Source: Gemmatimonadota bacterium (GTDB lineage Bacteria; Gemmatimonadota; Gemmatimonadetes; Gemmatimonadales; GWC2-71-9). From it: a DNA stretch of 32,508 nt. Location: NCBI GenBank assembly GCA_003220975.1, contig QHTX01000127.1, forward strand, positions 27,709 to 60,216, given 5' to 3'. A program made the translations under genes and the position numbers. This document shows, one piece after another, positions 32,055 to 32,508 of the stretch (positions are counted from its first letter, which is position 1; every line of letters begins with the position of its first letter). Below the pieces are notes generated by a model that saw only the letters and a program-made list of their open reading frames with translations, ran no database searches and was not told where the DNA came from.

Positions 32055-32508
32055 GGCTCGAGGGCCTCGCGCAGCGCGTGAATGGTGGCCGCGGCGGCGC
32101 GCGGCCCGGCGAGCACGGGCCGCAGCGGCAGGGGCACATCGTCCATCCGGAACGCCAGCCCGCCCTCGTGGATCCCGGCGACGCCTGTGTCGATCGCGAC
32201 GGCCGCCGGGAACGGCGCGGCGCTCGCCCGCGGACCGATCACGACCGTCGGGACTCGGCCGAGGCCTCGGGCGATACCCTCCGGAACGCTCGCCGCCGCG
32301 CCCACCACGAGCGCCGCGTCGACCTCCCCGGTCGCGACCAGCGCGGCCGCGCCCCCCCCATGTGGGCGGTACTCGGGGTAGCCGCGCGCGAAGTCCACGG
32401 CGCACGGGAACCCCGTCTGCCACGTGAGCACCTGCTCGGCGCCCGCACGGTTGCCCCCGCCCCGCAGCGTGGAGAGGGCGCAGCGCGTCGGCCCATTCAG
32501 CGCCTGGG
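32051..32508 (-). CDS. fhcB: Formyltransferase/hydrolase complex subunit B (FwdB-like), C-terminal part; 5' end lies outside the window
   Basis: The frame stays open to the window end (..QALNGPTRCALSTLRGGGNRAGAEQVLTWQTGFPCAVDF..). The track M at 32431 is an internal GTG. Confidence 0.8.
   Translation of the reverse strand, partial: QALNGPTRCALSTLRGGGNRAGAEQVLTWQTGFPCAVDFARGYPEYRPHGGGAAALVATGEVDAALVVGAAASVPEGIARGLGRVPTVVIGPRASAAPFPAAVAIDTGVAGIHEGGLAFRMDDVPLPLRPVLAGPRAAAATIHALREALEP

Noticed and set aside
1-32508. Mobile elements, prophage, defence or toxin-antitoxin systems, tRNA/rRNA genes
   Set aside because: I saw no transposase, integrase, Cas, restriction or toxin-like translations. No spacer is large enough or structured like a tRNA or rRNA. 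All gaps over 60 bp are accounted for above.

Overview
High-GC (about 70% by eye) bacterial chromosomal window with two themes.

(1) Replication-origin neighbourhood. It contains a Ser/Thr kinase, mtgA, then dnaN<-dnaA on the minus strand. A candidate oriC lies in the dnaA-dnaN spacer: an AT-rich island with a phased TAG/TAA trinucleotide run plus CCCAC-core DnaA-box-like 9-mers. On the plus strand follow rpmH-rnpA-yidD-yidC-mnmE. rpmH is too short for the ORF track.

(2) A methylotrophy (C1) island directly abutting the origin genes, made of four parts:
- A lanthanide-type PQQ methanol dehydrogenase cluster: xoxF, xoxJ, a CxxCH cytochrome, a secreted pentapeptide-repeat protein and a YVTN beta-propeller.
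- A tightly coupled operon for the tetrahydromethanopterin (H4MPT) cofactor: SDR, PCD, DHPS-like, pabB, pabA, DUF447, mptG.
- A methanofuran module: mfnB, an mfnE-like kinase, and an mfnF-like gene that changes frame twice.
- fhcB-A-D-C-mch plus further cofactor genes.

I saw no rRNA, tRNA, CRISPR, transposase or integrase.

The least expected signal is a family of 8-nt-periodic inverted tandem-repeat elements. Four copies sit inside essential or housekeeping ORFs (mtgA, yidC, mnmE, pabB). One forms the mtgA/dnaN intergenic palindrome. The ORF-internal copies are read in the same frame in different host genes, and the would-be in-frame TAG is replaced by a sense codon.

All functional calls come from motifs read by eye in the supplied translations. 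No database search was run.
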